NCBI RefSeq assembly: GCF_018350175.1
Contig: NC_058368.1
Location: 155,498,001-155,562,000, forward strand
Source of the DNA: Felis catus
Taxonomy: Eukaryota
Direction: 5' to 3'
Length of the DNA: 64,000 nt
This document shows positions 1-11,600 of the stretch, in pieces. Positions within the stretch are counted from its first letter, which is position 1; each line of letters opens with the position of its first letter. The position numbers were made by a program, and so were the translations under genes. Below the pieces are notes generated by a model that ran no database searches, was not told the origin of the DNA, and saw only the letters and a program-made list of their open reading frames with translations.

Positions 1-399
1 ACCATGGAGAGCGGGGAGGGTAGGCTGGGAGACACAAGTGGAAACTAATAAAACTCTTGTTAGAGGGCCTGCTCAGGATTCGTGGCGTCACTGGGCCTTT
101 TACTTGGAAAGCCAAAGAGTTGTATTCCTAAATGAGTTAAAGACCCATTTACCTCTGTCGTGTTCTATTCATCAAGCCACAAGTTGAGAGTTCCTAACAT
201 GAAACTATTTGTTTGCTTACACAACCAGCTGGGCGCAATTTCACGTCTGAGATATCTATCTGAAAGCGCCTCTCATTTATTATCTCTCCTTGTCAGCGAA
301 TCCATTTTCCAGCTCCCCCTCCCCCCTTTGGAGTTTATTTATTTATTTATTTTTGGTGGGACTTCTTTGCCTGGGAGGGCCTGGTTCTGGAATGCTCCC

Positions 400-700
400 C
401 AGGGAGCAGCCGCTCCCTGCGGGGTTCCTGCCGCGCCCAGGGCGCGTGGACCAGGGCGCAGCCCAGGCGAGCTCGCCGCCACCGCTGACCCCCCGCGGGC
501 GGGCAGAAGGGCCTGGGTGAGGGGCGGGCAGAGGGTAGGCCGGGCGGGACACTGCGAAGCTGCCTTTCTCCCAGGATGTCCTTCCTGCTAGCTCTCCCAG
601 AGTGAGCCGCAACCACCTGTGCGAGGAGGGGGTGGGAGGAGGCCCCGGAGGGGAGTCCAGGAGCCTCTCTCCCAGATGGAGGCCCGAGATACGGATTTGA
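400..700. promoter_or_regulatory. small CpG-rich island
   Basis: High GC and dense CpG (gccgcgcccagggcgcg, ccccgcgggcgggc) against an AT-richer background; the overlapping ORFs are low-complexity P/G/R/A-rich. Confidence 0.6.
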
Positions 701-3602
701 GAGATGCTTTTACAAAGCCTCACCTAATCCCATGGGGCCAATTTCTTCTCCCGGGCTGGGCCGAAGCGCAGAGTGAGTAACCAAGATGTAAATAGTTGTG
801 TGATGGGTTGGGGGAGGGGGCAGAGCATTTATTGTGTGTGCGGAGGGAAGAAGGCTGCACGTGGTTTCAATTTTGAAGCACAAAGAAATAACATGCAATG
901 CAGAAAATAGGTTTATGAATGTAATTGAGAGGAAAGAAAACAATTAACACGGTGCAAGGTTGCACACTCGATTCTCCACCCCTCGCCTTCTCTTCTACCC
1001 CAATTTTGAGAAATCCGGGTCTTGTGAATACAGTGGGTCTAGGCACTTGGATCCGGCTCACAAGGGAACCCCTGATGGAGATCACAGTGATGGGTGGATA
1101 ATGGTGTCTATCCATCTCTTAGTCTGCTGAGGCCTCCTCCAACCAAGCTGAAAGCGAGGGATCAAATCCCCAAGTCCAGCGTATAAAATATCCCTAGTTG
1201 TAAAGGTAGAAAGGAGAAGGGGTGTCTGTAAGGGAGGGGAGAGGGAGAACGAGAAAGAAAGATAGCGAGGGATTTCTTTAAGACAGACCAGGCTGGTCTC
1301 TGCAAGCTATCCTATTGTGTTGATTTAGGAGGACATTTGCTGTATATAACGTTTAAGGCTGATAATATCATTGCGCAGCCAGATAAATAAAGCATTGGCC
1401 CAACAGTGGGGTCAGCGATCGATCTCTGGGCTCAGAGGAAAAAGGAGAGAGACAGGATCGAGCACGAGGCTCTGTCTGTGTGCTTGTCAGTCGGCATGCA
1501 GGAGCCCGAGTGTGTGTGTGAGCGTCAGGGTGTGCGAGAGAGAACCTAGTCTTCAGCTGGCCAAGAGGCTCATTAGCATTCCTAACCCATGGACCTGCGC
1601 TGACAACTAACAGAGATATCCCGCTCACCACCAGGCCTCCTCTCCTTTTGTCTTCAGATCTGGAGGAGAAAAAGATTTCTCGGTGGAAGCTGGAGCCTGA
1701 ACTTCCATGTGGTTGATGGAGATTCAGGGTATAAAGAGACGTTTCGGGATCTTGCCTGATCGTTCACTCTGCTTTTTAAAACTTCCCTCCTAAAGAAGGA
1801 ACTTTTTTTCGCTTTTCTCTCTTAAAGTGTAATATGTTTGTTGAAACTCCAGGCTTAAACGAGAGAGAAAATTCTCTGAAAATATTTTGCCATTTCTCCT
1901 TGTTGACATGCAGAGAGGTGGATGTTTATATGTTTGGCTCACATGCACATATAAAGCTGGTAAAGATTTCTAGAACATAGCAACCAGGGGTTGTTTGAGA
2001 TTTTTGTTTCTCTTCTTTCTTCTGCTTGGCTTTGTTTTTGTTACGATAAAATTCTTCTGATTTTCTATAATAAACGTTCTGCTTATTACTTTATCAGTCC
2101 GTTGTTTGAATAAAGCACATCTTTCAAAATTAAATAGGGTCTGATTTTGTGTTAACTATCAGAAATGTGCAATTTTAGAGGCCTCCACTATTCTAAGAAA
2201 CATTTTAAAATTACACTCATTCATGCGGTTTTAATCACCTTACACCTATTTTGGGAAAAGTGTCTTAGTTAACTACATGTCACAGGGATAAATACTTATG
2301 TACTGCTCTCCTAGATCCTGTGCCTTGAACTCCATCAAATGAGGCAGATAGTTTTACACCGGAGTGTACAAATTATCCCATGTTGACAGATGTTTGTCAC
2401 TTAGTAACTTCTTTCCAAGTTTTCCCCCCTCCCCTAAGCCTTCTTTCTTGCTTGCTTTGTTGTTTTAAAATATGCATGTCTCTCACTGGAATGCCAGTCA
2501 CGAGTGCAAACTTTGTGTCCAACCTCCCACATGAAATGATCCTTTTAGAGGGAACTCGATATGTCTCAATCTGCACTTCACTCAAAGCCTGTGGGTACGG
2601 ACCACTCACTCACTGGTCCTGGCTCCAAAATAACTCAGCAGAAACGAGTTTCCAACTAAAAATCCCCTCGAATGTCTCCCAGGGAAGAAATATAGCTCCT
2701 ATAATTAAAGGAGGCAACGGCCAGAGGGGGAATGCAGCCGGCAGCCAAAAAAAAAAAGTAAGAGTTTTATTTATTTGCTGATTGAACTTGGGTTGTCACG
2801 ACCAGCAGGTTTATCCACACTGGAAGTGCCGGAGGTTTGTCCTGTGTGCGCACAAGAGGGAGAGGTGGGCAGAGAAGAAGGGGAAGGGGACGGAAGGGGA
2901 GGATGACATGGAATAGGGAGAATGAATGAGGCGAGGACAACTTTGGGAGACAGAAAATGATCTCTGTGGGACAATGTGAGGAAATTTCCTAGCACTGGGT
3001 TTGTGTAAAAACCTGTAGCTGAGGGATATGGGAGGGGGGACCTCAGAGGAGATGAGGGGGTAATTAGAGTAAACTCTTAAATGTGGGGTATCGGCAGGAA
3101 AAGGAGGACTCTGATTTCCCTAGAAAAGTAATGTGACAGCAGGAAAATTATTAGCTGTGCTGTGTGTGGCGGTTTCGGTGTGTGGGGGGTGGAATTATGA
3201 AGACAGGAACCGGAGAGTAGGGAAGAAGTTCCAGGACTCAAAGCAGAAGTACCAAGGAGCCAGAAGCCCTCCACCCTCCTTGGCAAAAGTTGCCTAGTAG
3301 GTGTGGATGTGAAGTCTCTAGAAGACATCATCTTTACTTTAATTAGTTTCATCCATTTGAACTGATTCTGGCATTAGAACCACTTATAGGATGATTCAGC
3401 TCCAGGGATGAAGAACACCTCCCAATCTCTTTGACCACCTCTCCAACCACCCCCCCCCCAAAAAAAAACCGCTTCAGAACAGAAGGAGTACTCAGGCTGG
3501 GCAGCTCATTTCTATTAAAAAGGCAAAACTTTAGCACTGATGAAAAACAGATGAATTTTTTCTCCCTCTCTCTGAAACAGTTACTCTTTTACTGATGTGA
3601 AG

Positions 3603-3610
3603 TGACGTCA
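3603..3610. promoter_or_regulatory. full CRE palindrome TGACGTCA
   Basis: Exact TGACGTCA with its CpG intact, just before a purine-rich tract (3635-3750). Function is inferred. Confidence 0.35.
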
Positions 3611-3804
3611 GCAATGCCTGTCCTATCCCCTTGGAGAGAAGGGAGGGAGGAGGAGGGGATGGAAGGAGGGAGCTGGGAGAAAGAGCTAGAGAAAAAGAGA
3701 AAGAGCGAGCTGAGAGAAGAGGGGAAAGGGAGGGGGCGGGAGGGAAAAATTGAGAATGAATATTCTACACTTTTTGACCAAAATTCCACAAAGAGTGGGC
3801 AAAA

Positions 3805-4380
3805 CAATGCTTCAGAAGCCCGCAATTGATAGGACACCTTTCTCTGCTCTCCCCCGATCTACATATTCTAACATATGGAAAGCTTACAGGCCCTGTGCAC
3901 TTATAGAAGCCGATAATGCATTAGCTCTCAGCAATATTTACAGCACCACTTTTAATACACACCAGATGGTTCGCGACTGTGCCGCCTCAGCCAGCTCACT
4001 CCTCGATTTTACTCGGCGGCACTTTGTTGCAATTACGCTCCATGCTGAGACCAATTTTATTGGTGACCTATTTTTCATATTTGCAGCATTTTATGTTAAA
4101 AACCTCCTCCCTGGCCTTTTTGTAAAGGGCAGCGCTCGGGAAGGGAGAGCTTAGGAGGACGGTGGAGCTGTCTAGGTGGATATTAATATTTATCATGATG
4201 TTACATACCTCAGGTTTAAGCGAGTAAACCGGATAGACATAAATACTCTGGTCATTACGTTTGTTCACTCACCTCCTGTTTGTCAGACCCCCACGGACTG
4301 TCTACACGGCGCGCTTGCCTCAGAGTCAATACATCGGACCATAAATATTGTATTCCATTAATTATCACGCCACTGGCTTA
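3805..4380. promoter_or_regulatory. putative conserved non-coding enhancer element
   Basis: Complex, repeat-free sequence with retained CpGs and homeodomain motifs: TTTTATTGG 4055-4063, CCATAAA 4339-4345, TAATTA 4359-4364. Conservation is inferred, not measured. Confidence 0.45.
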
Positions 4381-4700
4381 TCCTGGGCGCCGGCGTCCTC
4401 GAGCGACGCAGGGCAAATGAGGACGCTTCCTGAGCATATTTCTAGGCTGGGAACCCCGCTGAAATTTCCGCCGTGCCTGGGAATTCCTAGAGCCTGAGCG
4501 CCTGGCTCAACTCGGGCTGGGCCTGGGGCTGGCTCGCGGGGGAGGGGGGTGCGGCGGGCAAAGGCCCGACGCCGCCAGGAGCGCTCAGTACCTGTTATCT
4601 AGCGACGCAGAAGGCCACAGGGAGAATCCCATTTGGCACGCCAGGAAAGGCTTTCAACTTTATCTCCCGCCATGTAAATATCCCCGAGTGCCCGACTGAG
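4300..4700. promoter_or_regulatory. CpG island with G-quadruplex-forming G-runs (4514-4558)
   Basis: CpG-dense; gggctgggcctggggctggctcgcgggggagggggg has at least 4 G3+ runs. Confidence 0.6.
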
Positions 4701-5724
4701 GGACTTTGTTTTGCACCGAACAATATAAATATCCTATTTGCTACAACGCAGGTGTGCCCTTCCTACCCAAACTCTTTTCCCCCCTCATTTATAGTAACTC
4801 TTTATACCCCCTTCCCTGGTTAAAAAAAAAAAAAAAACCCACAGATGTTTACTTTATTGATATAACCTATACCATGGTTAGGCTGAGAATAATATGCTTC
4901 AACTAACAGTCATTTAGCAAATAATAGAGGCGTTCTGGATGCTTTCCAACGTTACACATGTACTTGGTCATAAAATGATACGTGAAAAAATTAACATCTG
5001 CTTTCCTAAAATAAAGTGTGCCAAGTAGCTTTTTATGAATGCTTCCCTCATTTTAAAAAGAAATATGGAGAGATAAACTGGCACGCAGATGTATAGCATA
5101 TTTATAATGGTTTTAGGATTTAAAGGTAGCTATTCATTGCACAAACCATTTAAAAACTGACGGTTTAAAAGCTACTTAACCCCAGACATCTTCGAATCCT
5201 GAAGAGTCTTCTCAATTTTATTATTTAGAGAGGAATTTACTGTAATTTAATTGTGTACCAAAGCAGAACTATGTGCAAGTCGGGGCACTGCAGCCTGAGC
5301 GAGCTCAACAGAAATTCCAGCCCGCCTTTTATTTACCTAATTTCTCAGCAAGGTTCCCAGGCCCTTAAGAAAGCAGAGCTGGAAAGTTTAGTTGGGCTCT
5401 TTTTTGTTGTTGTTTAATTCCACTATTAGGAAATGAGGCCTACCTTTGAATTATTTCATTAGGATTTGGCCTTTTGGGGGAAGGGGTGGGAACCATAATC
5501 ATTAGTGGCTTTTTATTATTTCTACAATAAATGGCTAGATTCTTTGTTGAATAAGCTGCTTGAATGTTTTGCAGATGTTCCACTTAGTCCAAATCTGACC
5601 CCCTATTTCCTCCCAAATAAGTCGCTTAAACTCTCCCACCAGTGCATTTACTCGAGAGCATACTCCCCCATCCTGGCAAGTTTATAAGTGGAGAGCATAT
5701 TCTTATGAAATTTCCACCTAAGTG

Positions 5725-5764
5725 CACACACGCACACGCACACACACATTTACACACACACACA
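5725..5764 (+). repeat. imperfect (CA)n microsatellite
   Basis: cacacacgcacacgcacacacacatttacacacacacaca. Confidence 0.85.
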
Positions 5765-5879
5765 CTCCCACCCACCGAGCCTCTGAGCGTGGCAGAGGAT
5801 AAGAGAAGAGGAAAAAAAAAAAAAAAAAAGGAGAAACTGGTGAGGCGGAATGGAAAGGAGGAGGGAAGTCAGCCCAGTG

Positions 5880-6480
5880 GTTACTCCCCTGTGCGGAGGC
5901 GCGCCCTCCTCGGGCCTCTCACCCCCCTTTGTGCCTTTGGTTTGAAACATAGGGGGTGGCCCGGATCCGTTTCCCCCAAAGTGCGGGGGATCTTGTTCCG
6001 CCAAGTGCTGGCGGGGGCGGGCGCGGGGGGCGGGCGTCCGCCCTAGGTGTTTCAGGGCTGTCCGAAAGGGCGGCGGCGGAGCCGGGCCGTTGCCCCGCGG
6101 TCATCCCGGAGCATCCGTGCGGCGGCACCGCCCAGCCGCTGCGGCCGCGCGTGGGGACCGAGGGGCTAACAAAGGGCTCTGTGGGGCGCGGGGCGCGGGC
6201 ACGTGACGGCTCGAGCGCCGCGACGCGGGGCCGCCGCGGGGAGGGGCGGTCAGCCCAGGGTGCCTGGTGGCTTCTTGACATAAAAAGCGGTGCCCGCCTC
6301 GGGCCGGCCGCGCCGGGCCGCGCTCTGCCGGGGACAGAAGTACTTGTCTGGCTCTGCGTTGGGGAAGCCGCACCTCTCCTCTCCAGCTCTTACTTGAAAA
6401 GCACTTGGAAGAAACTGTGTGTGCGGGGAGGGCCGCGGGGTGGGCCGGGGCCAGGCTGTGAGGCTGAGGGGGGCCGACTT
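5880..6480. promoter_or_regulatory. strong orphan CpG island
   Basis: Very high GC and CpG; E-box CACGTGAC 6200-6207, GC box GAGGGGCGGT 6241-6250, TATA-like CATAAAAAG at 6279. Confidence 0.8.
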
Positions 6481-7062
6481 GTGGGTGGATGGGGAGGAGG
6501 TGGAAGAAACAGCTCCTTTCTGAGTGACAGGACTCCTTTTCAAAGGGCAAACAGGGAAAGGGGGGGGGGGGAACCTCCTAATATGAATAGGAGAATTTTC
6601 AAGGTTTCGCAGTTACTCTCACTCCTCCCCTTTTTAAGCCGGAGATCTTTCTATGTTTCTTTTTCTTCCCTTTCCCATTCCTTTCTTTCTCTTCTTAGGT
6701 GGCAAGTGAGTGTGCAAACGTGTGTGGGTGTGTTTCAGGAGGAAGAATGCTCTATTAACTTTTAGACATCTTTTCGGACTGGTAAAAATGACTGAAACAT
6801 TTTCCCATGTTTTTGTGGACTCACTGACCAGGCTGGGTAAGGCGGTCGATGAGGCACGCTCTCAGACGAGGTCTTCAGTTAAAGATGGTGTATTTGTGAG
6901 GCAGAGAAAGGGAGTATCTTACAAAGTTCTCCTTCACCCTAGTAGCAAAACCTGCCACATCTTTACTTTCTACTAGAAAAGAGAGAGTTTCCTTATTTGA
7001 ACACTTCTGAGTTGATTATTAGATGCCTCTGTGAAAAATCAGGTTGGGAGAGGACAGCTCAT

Positions 7063-7092
7063 CACACACGCACACACACACACACACACACA
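7063..7092 (+). repeat. (CA)n microsatellite
   Basis: Read directly from the sequence. Confidence 0.9.
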
Positions 7093-8615
7093 CGGATTTT
7101 AAAGCCTGCCTGTATTTATAATTTAATCTTAGAAACACTTTTATTATCTCCATTCTCAACCCTAGCTTTTTTTTTTTTAATTGTTGAAGGACCATGCCTT
7201 ATAGAGGAGAAAACTTTCTTTTCAAAAAAGATTTCAACCCACAGTACCAGTTGTTTGTTGTTGTTATCATGATTATGATGGTTATTATGTCATCCCTCCT
7301 TTTTGCACTTGATCTGATGAGAGAACTTTTTAAAAGAGTGTGAAATGAAGGACACAAAGACAGTATATCAATGAAAAGAAGAAAGTGGCCCTTTTAATGA
7401 GAACTAAAGAAAACCCAAATGTAGATGAAGTGTACCGTAAAAGCTGCTTCAAAGTCCATCTTAATTCCCTTGGGCTCAGCCATCACGAACTTGTGGTAAT
7501 TGGGAGTTCTTCACGGAGGTAAGGCGGCCATGGGTGGGAAGTCATGCGGATGTACCCCCCTGCCCTGTAATTCCTAATACATTTTAACCAAGAACTTGGA
7601 GATTTTACAGAACTCAGATTTGACTACTTCACTTTCAAATGCTACCTGCCCATTAAAGGAATTTGTTTTCTTCCTGAGTAGCTGTACTCACTAAGGGAGC
7701 TTCAACCTTCTGCACCCCCCAACCCCCAGCAGGTTGGTATATGCTGGGCCATATTCTAGGTTTTGACTATTATTTTGTGATCAACTCTGTTTAATTTTCT
7801 ATTTATTTTTGGACCTCAGCCTTTCTGGATCACAAAAGTCCCCACAAGCAACACAGCAATAAATCCAAGCAAAAATAAGACAGATTTCCTCATCGATGTG
7901 TAATAAAGTTAAAGGACATTGTTTTGTCAGACAAGCGCTAAGTAGAAAATAAATCTCAGAGTCTGGGGAAACAAAACGGAGCGCTGCTGGCATGTGTGTA
8001 AATTTACTTTTAAAAGCAATAAATCAATGTTAAATTAAACAGCTGGGTACCCTGTCTAAGAGAAGGTTCAGTGTTTAAGAAGACCTTGATGGAGAAATGT
8101 GCTATTTAACAAGACACCAAAAAAAAAAAGTTAAATTTTTATTGTGATCTGAGGCAAGACTGGCCTGGGAACTTCTCTGAACTTCATAGAGGAAGAGAAG
8201 GCAGTGTGAATTGTATCTATTTGCCATCCTGAGATCTTTACATATGTTTTCAGGCATCAGGAAGCAATGAGGGTTCGTGGAAATGCTTTAGATGTTTTGG
8301 AAATTGTCGATTAAGCTCTGAGATCCTGTCTTTATTGGCTTAGGTTTGTTGGAGGAGGGGTTATGGTTTTTGTGTGATTTTTTTTCTGTGAATACTATAA
8401 CCTGTGGAGATATTTTAATGAGCACATTGAACATATTCTTATCAAATGGTTCTTTTATTCTCACTGTGGCTATTTTGCACAGTAAATAGCATAGGAGAAA
8501 ATAAAGAGATCTGTTATTTCATATCTATTATGCCTGTTTTGATTGAGAAGCAAAACCTGGGAGTGGAGTAGTATTTAAAACTCAACTGGAATATTGTAAT
8601 AGTCATTTTCTAAGG

Positions 8616-8640
8616 GTGTGTGTGTGTGTGTGTGTGTGTG
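8616..8640 (+). repeat. (GT)n microsatellite
   Basis: Read directly from the sequence. Confidence 0.9.
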
Positions 8641-11600
8641 CACGTGCTTGGTTGGTTGTTGTTATGGTTGTTGTTTTTTACAAAATACTTCACAGGAAAA
8701 ACTGTATGTGTGGGGTTGGGCAGGGGCCAGAACAATAGAAATACAAAGCTCTGGCTTTGTATTCTAAGAACAATGTGAATCAATGAGTTATTACAAAGGC
8801 AATCATCAATAGCAAGAAATTAGGATAGTTTAAGGCGAGTATATATGTATATTGGGTTTCTGCCCCCACCCCTCCCAACCTTAAAGTGAAATTCTGGAAA
8901 GGCTGAACAGAGAAGTACTTTAGAAAGCAGACATATGATTGAGATGAGCCCTCTTGGTTTTTTAAATTCAGATCGACTGGTTTAAAAGAAAACTATGGGG
9001 TTGTTGCCTATACAGAAACTAGTAGATTATTCTTTACTTTTCTTCATATCACAATCTCAGAAGCTTTCTTTTGTTAGCCCAGTTGCACAGAATATTCATA
9101 TAATTAGGTAACATCATTTAAACCTAAAAAATGGGATAGGTGCTGTGTTTCCCCTCAAGCTACAAACTAACAGGCGTTGTTTGGCAGCGTCCTAGCTACC
9201 TTTGACTTTTCTCCAGCCAAAGGAGCTATCAAAGACCCGGTTGCCTGGAGAAGACTGAAGTTATACTATTTATATTTCGAAGGCAGCATTCAGTTTCCCT
9301 GACCATCCGTGGCATGTTAAGTAAATCTGTGTCTTATGCCACTCAGAGATAGCTCGGATTGCCTGACAGGAGACGTCTGGGCAGCCCTGTAAACTCAGGA
9401 TGACTTCTCAAATCCTGCTAGGTTTTCCCAGCGATGTGCTTTCCTCTGCGCTGAAGCCCTGGGAGTCAAGTCAGCCCAAGGTGAGCCTTTCAGGCACTGC
9501 TCTTTGTCCCCATCTGAACAGGAAGGTGCAGAATTAGCTAGACGCTGGGCTGGTTTTGGCGGGGGGGGGGGGGGGGGAGGTGGGAATGGAAAGGCCGCTT
9601 GTTCTAATTAAAGACAATGAGCAACCCTGTGAGGAGCTGTCCTTTAGCCTTAGCTTGAGGCGGAAAGGGTCTGTCTCACCTCAGTGGTCAAGTTTGTTTG
9701 AACTGGCTGGTGGGGTGAAGAGTAGAAAACTGCAGGTAGAGCCGGGCTCAGGTGACACGGGGCTGGTGGTTAAGTCACAGCGAGTACGTCTTGAAGTCCC
9801 TCTCTGCCTCCCAGTCCTCTGGTGTCTGTGCTCTGTGCTGGACTCAGGAGCACTTTGATTCTAACTTTGCTTGCTAGATGGCGCTCGGTGTCTCAGGACC
9901 TTCCATTTCAGAATTAAAGCGGCTTTTTAGCACCGTTGTTCTCAACTAGTTGTGGATATTTGATTAGCACAGTGCTAGCAATGTTATTATTGCCCTTGCT
10001 TTTGTCACCCTTGTTCACTTTTTGATTAAAGTAGCGCTCAGGTGGGAGTTACTCATCTTAATCTGGGTAATAATAAAATTCAGTGAAACTCTGCACCTGA
10101 ATTTAGGGCACATTTACGGCTCAATTACTCTTTGTGATGCATTTCAAAAAGCACTTTAGTAACTTTTCCTCCAGTAATCGGATTGAGGTTTTCAGGAAGA
10201 AGATAAATCAGCAGGTCCGGATGGATATTTACAATCCTTGAGGTTTACCACCAGAGTGCACCTCCCACTTTACCATTGCTAACCCATTCCCATTTTAAGG
10301 TGAATTAAACTGATCTTAGGGAACTTATTACTTTCATTTATCATTTGTGGTATGCCATTAATTGATTTTACAGGTATCATAATTTGTTTACAACCCAAAT
10401 ACTGAAATTCATACCCACAGAAGATGTGTTTTAATATTGGTGGTAAAAGCCTACACAAAGCTTGTTTCATGGGAAGGGTGGTTTGTGGATTCTAATGTAT
10501 ATTTATTTCAAACACTCATGATTCTTCTCAGATATTCAAAACACTTCTTAAAACTCCTTTGTGTTGAAGCACAAAGAGACAGAAAATCAAAAGTTCTAAG
10601 TTTCTGATGGAAAAAAAAAATTAAGATGAGCCAGAAAGAATTGTATATTGTTTTCTCGAATGAAGATGTCACTTTCACAGCAACCACCGCTCTCCTACAA
10701 TTGTGTGTCCCTTTTAGACAAGGATGCAGGTGAGGAAGGGTAATGGAAAAAAAAAAAAAAGCCCACACCTCTATATAGACATTTTGCAAACACTTTGACA
10801 AAAGAGGGTTAAACTTGTTACTTGCTTTTAGGATTTAGAGAACTAACTTATATGGAAATGTTCCACCTTTGGGAAAATCAATAACACTCAGAGCTGTGTG
10901 GTTTGGAAACCTTTTATCAAACCTTGGCTGCTTTGGTGAAGAACCCCGCAAAGTCTCTCTCTAGGTGTTAGGCTGAAACTAGCAGGCGCTGAAAACCTAA
11001 AGCGGAAAATTTACAACTTGATCAGCCCCAGCCACACACCAAAAACCTGCTACTGCTGCAAACATATGTTCCAGATTAAGTTAAGCAAATGGCTCTTGTT
11101 TCTCAGGGTTGAAAGTTGATCATGAAAATTCAAATTTGAGTGAGTTGTGCTTCCAGTGAATCACCGGATCTTCAAATGCTTATAAATCCCTCCCAACTGT
11201 TTACTCAAGAGATTTCATATACTCTCTTATCTTCTTGAGAGCTTAATTTAGAATCTCCTGCAAATTTAATCCAATCAGGTATTACTTTCCTGGAACACTT
11301 ATAGTTTTAAAAGTTGGCTGAGTTGAAAACTAGGTGTATTCTTCCTTCTAATGTTAAACTGCCAGATAGCGAATGTGTAACTCAGTTGTTTTTAATGCTC
11401 GATTTCCTTGCATACATACTAACTTTAATAAGCAGAAATTAAACGGTCAGTTTATTTTAAAGTTCCTTGAAAGTTTCATTCGCCAGAGGAGTAGGTGATT
11501 TTTTTTTTTTTTTTAACAGCATGGGACAAAATGAAGGAGTGTTATCAAAGCCTTTAATTATGTCAGGAAAGACTGAAATAATGGTGTTTCTTTTAATGGG

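Noticed and set aside
160..723. Overlapping ORFs at the first GC-rich block
   Set aside because: GC artefact with no homology; not NR2F1 coding sequence (no zinc-finger or ligand-binding-domain peptide anywhere in the window).
5750..6765. Several overlapping long ORFs (up to 269 aa) on both strands
   Set aside because: Stop-codon depletion in a CpG island, alternative starts, and no recognisable domain.
9196..9208. DR1-like nuclear-receptor sites (here and AGGTCAAAGCACA at 20193) suggesting COUP-TF autoregulation
   Set aside because: Two or more mismatches each; similar matches are expected by chance in 24 kb.
9870..9886. CTCF-like CTAGATGGCGCT (also CCACTAGATGGTC at 35201)
   Set aside because: Each lacks part of the core consensus and cannot be called without a PWM scan or ChIP data.
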